DNA of 62,019 bases, counting the filler. It is 10 parts of 10 records of this genome, joined end to end, with 100 filler letters (N's around TTAATTAATTAA, not from the genome) between each part and the next. Parts side by side here need not be neighbours in the genome. Positions count along the whole stretch, not along the records: positions 42,350 to 47,989 come from SRR31147125_241704; positions 48,090 to 56,024 come from SRR31147125_242289; positions 56,125 to 62,019 come from SRR31147125_242631; 7 more parts are not named here. One strand, given 5' to 3'. Below are positions 42,525 through 59,197 of this stretch, in pieces (within the stretch, counting starts at the first letter, position 1; each line of letters begins with the position of its first letter). A model generated the notes under the pieces. It ran no database searches. It had not been told where the DNA came from and saw only the letters and a list, made by a program, of their open reading frames with translations. The translations under genes and the position numbers were made by a program.

Positions 42525-43903
42525 ATGGAAATAGCCATCGTCGGCGCAGGTGTCCTGGGATCCATCTTCGGCAGCCTTTTCGCGGAGAAGGGATTTTCGG
42601 TGACCCTGATCGAAGTGCTCACCGAGCGGGTGCGCCTGATCGGCAAGGAGGGCCTGTGGATGCAGTGGCCTGAAGGGAAGCGCACCCATTCGCGTATCGA
42701 CATCACCGCGGATGTCAGCACGGTGGGCGTCAAGGATGTGGTGATGGTGGCGGTCAAGGGATACCACACCCGGTCGGCCATCGAGAGTGCCTTGCCCATG
42801 ATCGGCGAGGAGACCACGGTGCTGTCGGTGCAAAACGGGCTGGGAAACCTGGAAGTGATTGCCGAGGCCGTGGGGCCGGAGCGGGTGGTGGGCGGCATCA
42901 CGGCCCATTCGGGCATGCCGGTCAGCATGAACGAGGTTCGCTATGTGGGCGGTCTGGGGCCCTTGCTGGTCATCGGCCCCTATGACGGCGTGGCCCGTCC
43001 GGGTTTCGAGAAGATCGTCAAACAGTTCCAGGGCGTCGGGCTGGACGTGCACACCACACCGGATATCAATGGCGTGATCTGGAAAAAGCTGATCGCCAAT
43101 GTCTCAACCAATGTGGTCGCGGCCCTGACCGGCCTCACCGGCGGCACGGCGGTCAACCATGACCCGTCGGTAAACATTATCCGGGGCCTGAGCCGGGAAT
43201 TGGCCAGTGTTGCCCGCGCCAAGGGCATCGACATCCCGGAGCTGGACGATCCCCTTGAATTTTCCCTCAAGGCGTTTGCCTCGACCAAGGACAACCGGGT
43301 GTCCATGCTGCAGGACGTGGAGGCCGGGCGTCCCACGGAGATCGGCAACCTCAATGAAGTGATCGTTTCCGAGGGGAAGCGGTTTAATATTCCCACGCCT
43401 TACAACGAGGCGGTGTCCTGGCTGACCCGCGGGGTCGAGGAACGCAACCGGCAGAAGCTTTCCGTGGTGGAGTCGGCCAGCGAGCCGGATGCCGTGCGCG
43501 ACGCCATCAAGGATGAGGACCTGGACGCCCTGCGCCAGGCCCTGGAAACCTCCCCCTGGCCCGCGCCCTGTCGATTTGTTTCACCGAGTTCAAGGCCGGC
43601 CGGGCCACGGCCAAGCTTCCGGGCACGGCGCAACTGCCCAATTTTTTGGGCTACACCCACACCGGCGCGCTGTTTACCCTGGCGGAGCAGACCATGGCCG
43701 CCGTGGCCAATTCCCTGGGGCATGTTGGCCTGCCGTTGAATTGCGACATCGAATTCCTACACGCCGCGGATCCGGCCGAGGATGTGATCGCCACGGCGCG
43801 GGTGATCGACACCCAGGGCCGCATCGCCCGGGTGCAGGTGGAGTTGACCCAGGAGGACCAGCCGGTGGCGAAGGTGTCCGAAATGGTGTTTTTACGCAAA
43901 TAA
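42525..43903 (+). CDS. Ketopantoate reductase-like (PanE/ApbA) domain fused to a PaaI hotdog thioesterase (frameshift in C run near 43555)
   Basis: IVGAGVLG, VQNGLG, WKKLIAN, SMLQD; then NFLGYTHTGALFTLAE in the shifted frame. Confidence 0.8.
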
Positions 43904-43917
43904 TATAGGATGGGAAC

Positions 43918-45510
43918 ATGCCGATCACCGAGATATTGGCCCGGAACGCATCGCTTTACGGTCAGGATGTTGCCTTGGTTGAAAGAGACCCCGCGACCCA
44001 TTCGCGGCGGGAAATCACCTGGTCGGCATTTGACCGGCAAGCCAATCAGATCGCCCAGGCATTGCTGAAACAGGGCATCCAAAAGAATGACAAGGTCGTT
44101 CTGTTATTGATGAACTGCCTGGAATGGCTTCCCCTTTATTTCGGCATCCTGCGCACCGGGGCCTGGGTGGTTCCGCTGAACTTCCGCTTCAATGCGGAAG
44201 ATATCGACTACTGCACGACGATGGCGGAAGCCAAGGCGCTGTTTTTCGGTGAAGTCTTCATCGATCGCATTAACACGATCAAAACCGTGCTCGACAAAAC
44301 GATTCGCAAATATATCTTTGTCGGCCCCGAAGAGACGCGTCCGGATTACGCGGAAGATTACCATGCTTTCTTCCTTGGCGCCGACACCGCTGATCCCGGG
44401 GTTGAGATCGGCAACACCGATAGTGCCGGCCTCTATTTTACTTCCGGTACGACGGGACGCCCCAAGGGTGTCCATTTGATCCATCAAAACCTCGAATTTG
44501 CCTGCCACGTGGAAAATAATCACCATCGGCAGACCCGTGAGGATAACTTTCTTTGCATCCCGCCCCTATATCATACCGGTGCCAAAATGCATTGGTTCGG
44601 TAGCTTCCTGGTGGGGGGCAAGGCCGTTATTCTAAAAAGTATTCAACCAAAGGATATTCTCGATGCGGTTTCCGAGGAAAAGGCGACCATCGTCTGGCTC
44701 CTCGTTCCCTGGGCGCATGATATTCTGATTGCCATCGAAGACAAGAAAATTGATTTGGCAGATTACGATTTGGATCAGTGGCGATTGATGCATATCGGCG
44801 CGCAGCCGGTTCCGCCGGCGTTGATTAAGAAATGGAAATCGATTTTTCCCCACCATGCCTACGATACCAATTACGGGTTGACCGAGTGCACGGGGCCGGG
44901 ATGTGTTCATCTGGGGATCGAGAATACGCACAAAGTCGGCGCCATCGGTGTCCCCGGATTCGAGTGGGCGTGCATGATTGTTGATTTCAACGCGTGGATA
45001 AACGAACAGAAATTGACCCCGGCCCCACCCGGAACCAGCGGCGAACTGGCCGTCAAAGGGGCGGGTGTAATGAAGGAATACTACAAGAATCCCGAGGCGA
45101 CGAACGAAGCCCTGAAGGACGGATGGCTGCTTACCGGCGACATTGCCCGGCAGGACGCGGACGGGTTTTTCTGGTTGGTGGACCGTGCCAAGGACGTGAT
45201 TATCACCGGCGGTGAGAACATTTTCCCCGTGGAGATCGAAAGCTTTATCATGGATCATCCCAAAGTGCAGGATGCCGCTGTTATCGGCTATCCGGACGAA
45301 CGGTTGGGGGAGATTGCTCTGGCGGTTATTAAAGTCAAACCGTCGCAGACCATGACCGAAGAGGAGTTCACAGTTTTTTGTGAAGGATTACCGCGTTATA
45401 CCAGGCCTCGCAAGGTGATTTTCGCCGATGTTCCCCGGAGTCCGACCGGAAAAATCGAAAAGCCGAAATTGAGGAAAAAGTATACCGGGCAGAGCGGTAT
45501 TTTGAGTTAA
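43918..45510 (+). CDS. Acyl-CoA synthetase (AMP-forming)
   Basis: YFTSGTTGRPKG, YGLTE, TGDIA, SPTGKIEK. Confidence 0.93.
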   Translation: MPITEILARNASLYGQDVALVERDPATHSRREITWSAFDRQANQIAQALLKQGIQKNDKVVLLLMNCLEWLPLYFGILRTGAWVVPLNFRFNAEDIDYCTTMAEAKALFFGEVFIDRINTIKTVLDKTIRKYIFVGPEETRPDYAEDYHAFFLGADTADPGVEIGNTDSAGLYFTSGTTGRPKGVHLIHQNLEFACHVENNHHRQTREDNFLCIPPLYHTGAKMHWFGSFLVGGKAVILKSIQPKDILDAVSEEKATIVWLLVPWAHDILIAIEDKKIDLADYDLDQWRLMHIGAQPVPPALIKKWKSIFPHHAYDTNYGLTECTGPGCVHLGIENTHKVGAIGVPGFEWACMIVDFNAWINEQKLTPAPPGTSGELAVKGAGVMKEYYKNPEATNEALKDGWLLTGDIARQDADGFFWLVDRAKDVIITGGENIFPVEIESFIMDHPKVQDAAVIGYPDERLGEIALAVIKVKPSQTMTEEEFTVFCEGLPRYTRPRKVIFADVPRSPTGKIEKPKLRKKYTGQSGILS

Positions 45511-45574
45511 CCCCTATTTGAAGCCCTTTGCGCTTTTCACCATATCCCAGGAGAAATCATATCGGATTGCAGCG

Positions 45575-46813
45575 TCAGATTTCATGCGCTATCAGATCGT
45601 GGTATGTCTCCCGTCTGCGCGCCAGAATAACCTTTTCTCCATCCACGATCATTTCGGCGGCCCGTGGTCGGGAATTATACTGGGAAGACATGCTGAAACC
45701 ATAGGCTCCGGCGGAAAAAACAGCCAGCAGCTCTCCGGGCTCCACGGCAGGCAGCGTTCGGTCCAGGGCTATAAAATCAGAGCTTTCACAGATCGGCCCG
45801 ACCACGTCCATGGTCAGTTTCGTTCGTCCCGTGGGGCTTACTTCACCGATACGATGGAACGCCTGGTATAGGGACGGGCGTACCAGATCGTTCATCCCCG
45901 CATCCACGATGACAAAATGTTTGGCCGGTGTTTTTTTAGTGTAAATCACCCGGGTGACCAAGATGCCGGCATTGCCGGCAATGGCGCGGCCCGGTTCGAG
46001 AATAACGTTCAGCTTCCGGCCGGCCAGGGTTTCTCCAATGGCCCGTCCCAGGTCCTTGGGCAGTGGTGGGGATTCTTTATCGTAAGTGATCCCCAGGCCG
46101 CCGCCCAGATCCAGATAGCGGATATGGATACCCGACACTTGCAAGTGATCGGCAAACGCAGGCAGTTTTTCCAGGGCGTCGGTAAACGGCGCGATCCGGG
46201 TAAGCTGGGAGCCGATGTGGCAATCCATGCCCACCGGCTCCAGAGCCGGATGGCGCTGGGCCATCGAATAGGCGCCGGTGGCCTCCAACATGTCCAGACC
46301 GAACTTGTTTTTCTTGAGACCTGTCGAAATGTAGGGATGGGTGTGGGGATCCACGTCGGGGTTGATGCGGATGCTGACGCGCGCCATGGTATTCATCTGC
46401 CGGGCAATGGCACCGATGCGCTCCAGTTCCTGGACGGATTCCACATTGAACATGAGGATGTCGGCGTCGAGGGCTTCCATGATTTCGTGATCCTGCTTGC
46501 CCACACCGGAAAAGACGATTTTGCGCGGATCGATACCGGCGGCCAGCGCCCGGAACAACTCGCCACCGGATACGATATCCGCCCCTCCGCCCAGGCCGCC
46601 CAGCAGCCGCAGCAGGCCGACATTGCTGTTGGCCTTGACTGAAAAGCAGGTCAGGTGGTCCAGCCCGTCCAGGGCCCTGTCAAACGCCCGATAGTGACGC
46701 TTCAGGGTCTTCGTGGAATAGACGTACAGTGGTGTGCCATATTGGTCGGCCAAGTCGCTGACGCGAACCTCTTCCGCCCATAGTTCGCCCTTGTGGTATT
46801 CGAAATAATTCAT
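45575..46813 (-). CDS. lysA: Diaminopimelate decarboxylase
   Basis: FSVKAN, HIGSQ, EPGR, GPICESSD, GAYG, YNSRP. Confidence 0.96.
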   Translation of the reverse strand: MNYFEYHKGELWAEEVRVSDLADQYGTPLYVYSTKTLKRHYRAFDRALDGLDHLTCFSVKANSNVGLLRLLGGLGGGADIVSGGELFRALAAGIDPRKIVFSGVGKQDHEIMEALDADILMFNVESVQELERIGAIARQMNTMARVSIRINPDVDPHTHPYISTGLKKNKFGLDMLEATGAYSMAQRHPALEPVGMDCHIGSQLTRIAPFTDALEKLPAFADHLQVSGIHIRYLDLGGGLGITYDKESPPLPKDLGRAIGETLAGRKLNVILEPGRAIAGNAGILVTRVIYTKKTPAKHFVIVDAGMNDLVRPSLYQAFHRIGEVSPTGRTKLTMDVVGPICESSDFIALDRTLPAVEPGELLAVFSAGAYGFSMSSQYNSRPRAAEMIVDGEKVILARRRETYHDLIAHEI

Positions 46814-47033
46814 TTTCCCACCCTCTCCTGTTTTTTATGGATAATAACACCAAGATTCATTTTTTAACCATAAAAAAGTTGACCCGTTTAACTTGACGAC
46901 CGACAAATGGCCGGCAATCCGTAGGCAGGGAAACAAACGGTCGACAACAGGCATTTCATCCGGCAGGGAGGCTGGTTGGCGGTTCCTCCAATTGCATGGC
47001 GACGTGCGGATGAGATAAGAGGCAGTACTATTA

Positions 47034-47501
47034 CTATTTGATGATCGGATACACTCGCCCCCTGGCAAGCTGAATCAGATCGGCACTTTTCATTTCAATG
47101 GTGCGGCTATTCCTGCCGCTGCCGCAGAACACATTGCCCAGGGGAGCCAGCGTCTGATCGAAGACGACGCGGATGTCTTCCCGAACCGGAAACGGACCGA
47201 CGCCGCCGATCTGGAACCCCAGTTCGGATTCGACCTGCTCCGGCGAGATGGATCGTAGGTCTTTGCGCTTGACGTCCATGGCATCGGCCAGTTTCTTGTA
47301 GTGAATGCGCACGTTTCCGGTCACCGCCGCCAGGATCCAATGGGCGCCCTTGATCCGAAAAACAACCGTTTTCAACAAGTTGTGCGTCAAGTGGGGTACT
47401 TTTTGGTGCGCCTCGTCCACGGTGGTGACCGGCGTGTGTTCGTGAACGATATAGGCGAAACCACTATTTTTCAGCATTTCGATGACTTTGGCGTAGATCA
47501 T
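47034..47501 (-). CDS. YbaK/ProX-family tRNA editing-domain protein
   Basis: LLKTVVF, GFQIGGVGPF, CGSG. Confidence 0.85.
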   Translation of the reverse strand: MIYAKVIEMLKNSGFAYIVHEHTPVTTVDEAHQKVPHLTHNLLKTVVFRIKGAHWILAAVTGNVRIHYKKLADAMDVKRKDLRSISPEQVESELGFQIGGVGPFPVREDIRVVFDQTLAPLGNVFCGSGRNSRTIEMKSADLIQLARGRVYPIIK

Positions 47502-47518
47502 CTTTTCTACCCTTGCGG

Positions 47519-47615
47519 AAAAGCCTGGGGCCTTCAGATACGGCGTTGCCAAAGGATCGCAGGAGCGATCATCGCTTTACCCTCGGCGTCTTGTCGCTGA
47601 AGCCCTCAGGCTTTT
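47519..47615. repeat. Intergenic inverted-repeat element
   Basis: AAAAGCCTGGGGCCTTCAG / CTGAAGCCCTCAGGCTTTT (17/19 match) with inner GATCGC/GCGATC. Confidence 0.6.
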
Positions 47616-47685
47616 AAAACGTTGGGGTTGTCCCTAACCATTGCATCAACCCATTATCCAGCCCATGCCTAACAATTGTATCCCG

Positions 47686-47989
47686 CTATAGCAAGGTCAA
47701 ATACCGGTTAACCTCCCATGGCGTCACATGTTTCATGAATTCTCCCCACTCGCTCTTTTTCAACTTGATATACTCATCGGCGATGGGCCCCAGGCCGGAC
47801 TTGACCACCTCGTCCGCCTCGAGGGCGTCGATGGCTTCCAGCAGATTCTGGGGCAACAGACGCATGCCGCGTTCGCGCCGCTGATCAAAGGAGAGATCCC
47901 AGACATTCTCACCGATGATCGGATCGCCGGGATCGATCTTGTTCTTGATGCCGTCCATTCCGGCGGCCATGTGGGCGGCCATGAACAGG
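47686..47989 (-). CDS. Glutamine synthetase-family C-terminus (5' partial)
   Basis: AAGMDGIKNKIDPG, LPQNLLEAIDAL, VTPWEVNRYL. Confidence 0.85.
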
Positions 47990-48089
47990 NNNNNNNNNNN
48001 NNNNNNNNNNNNNNNNNNNNNNNNNNNNNNNNNTTAATTAATTAANNNNNNNNNNNNNNNNNNNNNNNNNNNNNNNNNNNNNNNNNNNN
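47990..48089. other. Artificial contig linker
   Basis: Same 100-nt linker. Confidence 0.99.
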
Positions 48090-50730
48090 GCAGAGAAGTT
48101 GGTGTGGAACAGCCCCGAGGTGAAGCCGTGGAGTGTGTGTACGGTGGCAGGAGTGTGTTTACAAAGGTTCTGCGTCTTCACAAGGGCTTTGGGGTCAAAC
48201 CTGTGTACACTGCGGACGACGTCAAGGACCTCGAGGTGGATCAGCTGCCGGGCGTGTATCCGTTCACACGTGGGCCCTATGCTACAATGTATACACGTGC
48301 GTTATAAGGACAAGAACAGTGAACGCACCAGAACGCTGAATTGAACGCCGCCCCAGAACGCCCGTGGACGATTCGTCAATATGCGGGATTCTCAACGGCC
48401 GAGGAGTCGAATGCTTTCTATCGTGCAAATCTTGCTGCTGGGCAAAAGGGCTTGAGTGTGGCTTTTGATCTTGCTACACATCGTGGGTGTGTACGGAGTC
48501 ACAGAAGGAAGATTGTGCGAGAAGAGTTGCTAATAGCCGATCCAGATATGATTCCGATCATCCACGTGTGCAAGGTGATGTGGGGATGGCCGGTGTGGCC
48601 ATTGACAGCGTGGAAGATATGAAGATCTTGTTTGATGGTATTCCACTGGATAAGATGTCCGTCAGCATGACCATGAATGGTGCCGTTCTTCCTATCATGG
48701 CCATGTATATTGTTGCAGCCGAGGAGCAAGGTACACACATCACAAAGTGGAACATCGGATATCTGACCCCGAGCACAGGTGTTAAGCCCAAAGACTTGAC
48801 AGGAACCATTCAGAACGATATTTTGAAGGAGTTCATGGTTCGAAACACCTACATCTACCCCCTGAGCCCTCTTTGCGAATCGTATCCGATGTGATGGGAT
48901 ACACGGCCAAGAACATGCCTCGTTTCAATTCCATTTCCATTTCGGGATATCATATCCAAGAGGCAGGCGCTACGGCTACGATCGAGTTGGCGTTCACCAT
49001 TGCAGACGGTCTGGAATACGTTCGATGTGCCCAACGCGCCGGTCTGGACGTGGATGCCGTCGCACCACGTTTCTCCTTTTTCTTCGGCATGGGATTGAAC
49101 TTCTACTTTGAAATTGCCAAATTGCGAGCGGCACGACGTTTATGGGCAAAACTAGTCAATGAGGAATTTCATCCTCAAAAGGAGGAGTCTCTACGTCTGC
49201 GTACCCATTGTCAAACATCTGGCTGGTCCCTGACCGAACAGGTGACGTAACGAGACACCCTCCCCCCACGCACACACACGCACACAGCCCACACACGCCC
49301 ACACACGCCCACAGGATCCGTACAACAACATCATTCGAACAACCATTGAAGCCATGGCCGGAGCTTTGGGTGGTACCCAGAGCCTTCACACCAACTCCTT
49401 TGATGAGGCCATAGCGTTACCGACAACCTTTTCCGCACGAATGTCTCGCAACACCCAACTTATTCTCCAAGAGGAGGCAAACATCTGTCGAGTATGTTGC
49501 TATGCATGCAGCATTTGCTTGCTCATATCAATCACATGGCACAGGTGGCGGATCCGTGGGCTGGATCCTATATGATGGAGTCCCTGACAAAGGAACTTGA
49601 AGATGGTGCCATGAAAGTGATCAAGGAGGTGGAAACAATGGGAGGAATGGCCAAGGTGCGCATATATCTCCTTGCACACACTTCTAACTTGTTTCAAAGG
49701 CTATTGTGGCTGGAATGCCCAAGTCCAAGATTGAGGAATGCGCAGCCCGTAAGCAGGCGTGCATCGATTCAGAATCCGACGTTATTGTGGGCGTCAACAA
49801 GTATCGTCTTGAAAAGGAGGAATCCATTCAGGCTCGTCAAATCGATATGTCCGCCGTTTTGCACTCCCAGCTTGAGCGCTTGGAGAGAGTGAAGGCAACA
49901 CGTGATCCCGTGAAGGTACAACAAGCACTGAACAAGCTAACCAAGTTCACCGAGACGGGCGAGGGCAACTTGCTCGAGGCATCGGTCGAAGCTTCACGCG
50001 CCCGGTGTGTTGGAAGGGTGTTATGTGTATGGGGACGTGAGAATGATAGAGTAAGGAATTCAGGTGTACCGTTGGGGAAATCAGCGGTGCCATTGAGGCG
50101 ATTGTGGGGCGTCACAAGGCTGTGGACACCGTTATCAGTGGTGTCTATCGCTCAAGCTTGGGGAAACAGGCTGAGGACTCTGTTCACCAAGTACTGAGTC
50201 GAGTAGAGACGTTCGAGAAGCTCGAAGGGTTTGTGTCCCGTGTCCCGTGTTCCAGCCTTTTTCCTGACAATGCGCCCTTCAAAGCCGTCGACCCAGAATC
50301 CTTGTTGCCAAAATGGGCCAAGATGGACACGATCGCGGTGCCAAAGTGATCGCATCGGGCTTTGCTGACCTCGGATTCGATGTCGATGTTGGCCCCTTGT
50401 TCCAAACCCCCACGGAAGTTGCCAAGCAGGCAATTGAGGCAGATGTCCACATTGTGGGCGTGAGTTCCCAGGCAGCAGGCCATCTAACTCTCGTTCCGGA
50501 AATGATGAACGAGCTAAAGAAACAAGGCGGAGAGAGCATCAAGGTTGTTGTGGGCGGTGTCATCCCTCCCCTGGACTACGATGCATTGTATGACATGGGT
50601 GTATCGTGCATCTTTGGACCAGGTATGTGTACGTGTGTCCTGTACCAATCTAACAACACACACAGGCACGAAAATCGCGGATGCTGCTTCGGGAGTGTTG
50701 GATTCTTTCAAGAATGGAAGCAACCAGTAG
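48090..50730 (+). CDS. MMUT: Eukaryotic methylmalonyl-CoA mutase, spliced, 10 introns (5' partial)
   Basis: Removing GT-AG introns 48120-48184, 48297-48356, 48487-48545, 48731-48778, 49242-49314, 49492-49544, 49656-49699, 50005-50063, 50229-50284 and 50623-50665 restores [35 protein letters not shown] and [19 protein letters not shown]. One C is missing near 48860. Confidence 0.95.
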
Positions 50731-50763
50731 GAAGCCGTTTACGTCGGGGATGGAGTGTGGTGT

Positions 50764-55977
<5,214 letters not shown>

Positions 55978-56024
55978 CTGGATCGTAACAAGAAGAAGTG
56001 AGAGGCGGATCACCCAAAGGAACA

Positions 56025-56124
56025 NNNNNNNNNNNNNNNNNNNNNNNNNNNNNNNNNNNNNNNNNNNNTTAATTAATTAANNNNNNNNNNNNNNNNNNNN
56101 NNNNNNNNNNNNNNNNNNNNNNNN
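56025..56124. other. Artificial contig linker
   Basis: Same 100-nt linker. Confidence 0.99.
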
Positions 56125-56544
56125 CACACAAATTGGCGCTCTCCCCTGCTCTATACGCTCGACACAAAACTCGCACTTGCGCATCTTGGCGTCGGTCTCC
56201 GCTTCGAATTGCGGAACGTCCCACGGGCAGGCCTTCAAGCACTTTTTAGGGCACCGATCGGCCCCCACACATTTGTCCCTATCGACCACGACGATCCCGT
56301 CCGCCTCTCTTTTCGTGATGGCGCCTTCAGGACACGCCTGGATGCAAGGCGGAATCTCGCAATGGTAGCATGGCGAGGCCAGATAGGCGGCGAAGAGATC
56401 CGGAAAGGCGCCGCGCTCAAAACATTTCACGCGCATCAGATTCACCGGTCCGGTGTTGATATCATACCAATCCTTGCAGGCCACCATACAGGTGTAGCAC
56501 CCCGTGCAACGGGTCTGATCAAAGTATATGCCGATCTGCGTCAT
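56125..56544 (-). CDS. dmsB: DmsB-like Fe-S subunit (partial)
   Basis: FDQTRCTGCYTCMVACKD, CYHCEIPPC, KCEFC. Confidence 0.88.
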
Positions 56545-58817
56545 GAGGTTCTCTCCATTCTTTTTTCAGGGGATCGCTCGACTTCAACCAGGGCGCTGTT
56601 CATGGGAAAGGCGCCACCGGGAGACGGTTCGTCCAGGGTCAAGGTGTTGCCGCAACCGCCGAGGTCCACCCCCTTTTCATCGGGAGCATACCAGGCGCCC
56701 TGAAAAACATTGACCACGCCCGGCATGATGCGCTCGGTGACCCGGGCGGTCGTACGGATTCTGCCGCGATCATTAAACACATCGATCGTGTCGCCGTCAT
56801 CAATCCCCCTTGCTGCTGCATCTGTGGGGTTTATCCAGGTACACTGGCGCTCCAGTTCCTTCAGCCAGGGAACCCGCTCGAGGGTCGAATGGGTGCGGAT
56901 CTTCGAGTGGGCGGTGAGCAGCTGCAGGGGATATTTCTCAGCCAGGGATGCATCGTAATGTTCGCTGTGGCCGAGGTACTTGGGAACCGACGGGATGCGT
57001 GGATTGTTCATCTCGGCCAGGTGGTCGCACTCGATCTCTATCTTGCCCGAGAGAGTGGGGAACGGATGATTGTCCGGATCCTCGACCTGTTCTTTGAATG
57101 CCACGATCGGTTCAGGCATCTTGATTTTCAGAACGCCTTCGCGCCGCATTGCGTCGTAGTCCTCGATATCCTTTCGGCGCGAGGTGAAGATGCGCAGGAT
57201 CTCGTCATCGGAGAGCTTGAAAAAATCGTCGGGCACGCCCAGACGCGGCGCCAGCTCCCGGCAGATCTCCAGGTCCGATTTCGATTCGTATAGGGAGTCG
57301 ACCGCCTTATTGAGGTAGATGTAGTAGGGCGATCCGAGCCAGGGCGGCGCGATGTCGGTACGCTCCATGAAGGTGTTGACCGGCAGGACGATGTCGGCAT
57401 GCCTGGCGGTGGCGGTCATAAACTGCTCGTGCACAACCACAAACTCGAGTGATTTCAACGCCTCTGCGCCACGGTTGCTGTTGGGGTACTGGTTGAGGCA
57501 GTTGCTGGCCACGATGTAGGCCATTTTGAGATCCGCCGGATAGCCCCCCGCCCTGCCGCGCAAGATGGCGTCCCAGATCTTGCTCTGATGGATGCGGGCA
57601 CTGGTGGCGTTGGTGCCGCCGCTCAACTTGAAAAGGGTGTTGGGGCGTGGCAAGGCGCCGTTCTCCACCGCATTGGACGAAGGAATGCCTTTGGACTTGT
57701 CGATTTTCTTCTTGGGGTCCTTCTTCATGAGATGGCCGGTTTCACGACTGGAATAGGCCCGCATGAAGCCGGAGGCGTATCCGCCATTGATCCCCACATT
57801 GCCGGTGAGAGAACACAACACCGCCGCGCTGCGGGCATACTGTTCACCGATGGCCGTTCGGGCCGGTCCCCACCCGGCGATGAGTGCCGCCGGCTTGGAA
57901 GTTGCGTAAGCCCTGGCCAGCTCGAGGATCCGGTCCGCAGGCACCTTCGTGATTGCCTCCGCCCATTGAGGCGTTTTGGGAACGCCGTCCTCGCTGCCCA
58001 GCACGTAGTCTCTGTACGCCTTGTATCCTACCGTGTGTTTTTCGACAAAGGCTGCATCGAACAGCGACTCGCTGATGATCACATGGGCCATGGCGGCCAG
58101 CATGGCGGCATCGGTGCCCGGCCGAATGGGAATCCATTGATCGGCAAAGGTAGCAACCGAATCGGTGTAGCGCGGATCGATGGCCACGATGCGGGCGCCG
58201 TTCTCTTTGGCGCGCGCCAGCCAGAGGCCGGTCTCCGGATCCCAGATGGTGTTGGCCGGGTTCCAGCCCCACATGATGATCAACTTGGAATTGAGCAGGT
58301 CCTCGCGTGAATGGCCGGTTCGAATCGTTCCATATGTGGCCATAGACGCAAACAGTGCCCCTTCATAAGAAGGGATGCCCCAGTAGCGGGTATAACCGCC
58401 GAACTGGGTCAACAGCATGCCCGGAGCGGTCGGTCCGTGGAGCATCCCCTGGTTGCCGGCCCCCGGCAGAAAAAGGATGGCGCTGTTGCCGTAGGTGGAC
58501 TTGATTCGCTTCAGTTGGTCGGCCACCGTGTCGAGTGCTTCATCCCAGCCGATCCTTTCAAACCTGCCCTCGCCTCTTTGGCCGACCCGACGCAACGGAT
58601 GCTTGAGGCGGTCGGGCGAATATAACCGTTGGCGATAGGCGCGGCCGCGGGAGCAGGCACGGACCTGGGGAGACTGCCCCGTATCGGACTCAAAACGGAT
58701 GATCCTGCCGTCCTTGACATGCGCCTTGAGCACGCAACGTCCGCCGCAATCGTGGCAGCAGCCGGTATTGACAATGGAAACAGCGCCATCGCTCGTTCTT
58801 GATGGCCCATCGGTCAT
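56541..58817 (-). CDS. dmsA: DMSO reductase-family molybdopterin oxidoreductase, catalytic subunit
   Basis: CCHDCGGRC, DRLKHPL, IRPGTDAA, ADIVLP, RTHST, GAWY. Confidence 0.85.
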   Translation of the reverse strand: MTDGPSRTSDGAVSIVNTGCCHDCGGRCVLKAHVKDGRIIRFESDTGQSPQVRACSRGRAYRQRLYSPDRLKHPLRRVGQRGEGRFERIGWDEALDTVADQLKRIKSTYGNSAILFLPGAGNQGMLHGPTAPGMLLTQFGGYTRYWGIPSYEGALFASMATYGTIRTGHSREDLLNSKLIIMWGWNPANTIWDPETGLWLARAKENGARIVAIDPRYTDSVATFADQWIPIRPGTDAAMLAAMAHVIISESLFDAAFVEKHTVGYKAYRDYVLGSEDGVPKTPQWAEAITKVPADRILELARAYATSKPAALIAGWGPARTAIGEQYARSAAVLCSLTGNVGINGGYASGFMRAYSSRETGHLMKKDPKKKIDKSKGIPSSNAVENGALPRPNTLFKLSGGTNATSARIHQSKIWDAILRGRAGGYPADLKMAYIVASNCLNQYPNSNRGAEALKSLEFVVVHEQFMTATARHADIVLPVNTFMERTDIAPPWLGSPYYIYLNKAVDSLYESKSDLEICRELAPRLGVPDDFFKLSDDEILRIFTSRRKDIEDYDAMRREGVLKIKMPEPIVAFKEQVEDPDNHPFPTLSGKIEIECDHLAEMNNPRIPSVPKYLGHSEHYDASLAEKYPLQLLTAHSKIRTHSTLERVPWLKELERQCTWINPTDAAARGIDDGDTIDVFNDRGRIRTTARVTERIMPGVVNVFQGAWYAPDEKGVDLGGCGNTLTLDEPSPGGAFPMNSALVEVERSPEKRMERTS

Positions 58818-59197
58818 AGTATCCTCCTCATTATCATCGAAATCTCATAAAGGTTCACCTTGAACGAAATCATGCTTTTGATGGTGCCGATTTACATCAA
58901 TAGAACAACCTGGTGGTCAGAATCAAGTGATTGATAAAATCGGCCACTGTTCGATATCATCGAATTAGCGTTCATCTTTAAATAGAGTATAGACAACGCC
59001 CTTACAAAAGTGCATTTTATGAGGTATGTTTTGCTTTGACCGGGATCGATCTGGATCGATCCGGACCCGCGCCATTAACAATTGAAGATGAACCGCGATT
59101 TTCAGCGAGCCGACATTGAACAAAATACAACCCATCTCAATCCGATAACGATATATTTTCGATATAATTGTTTAATTTATAAAAAAGGAGCAGTATA

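Noticed and set aside
49266-49313. CACACACGCC-type microsatellite
   Set aside because: Low-complexity sequence inside MCM intron 5.
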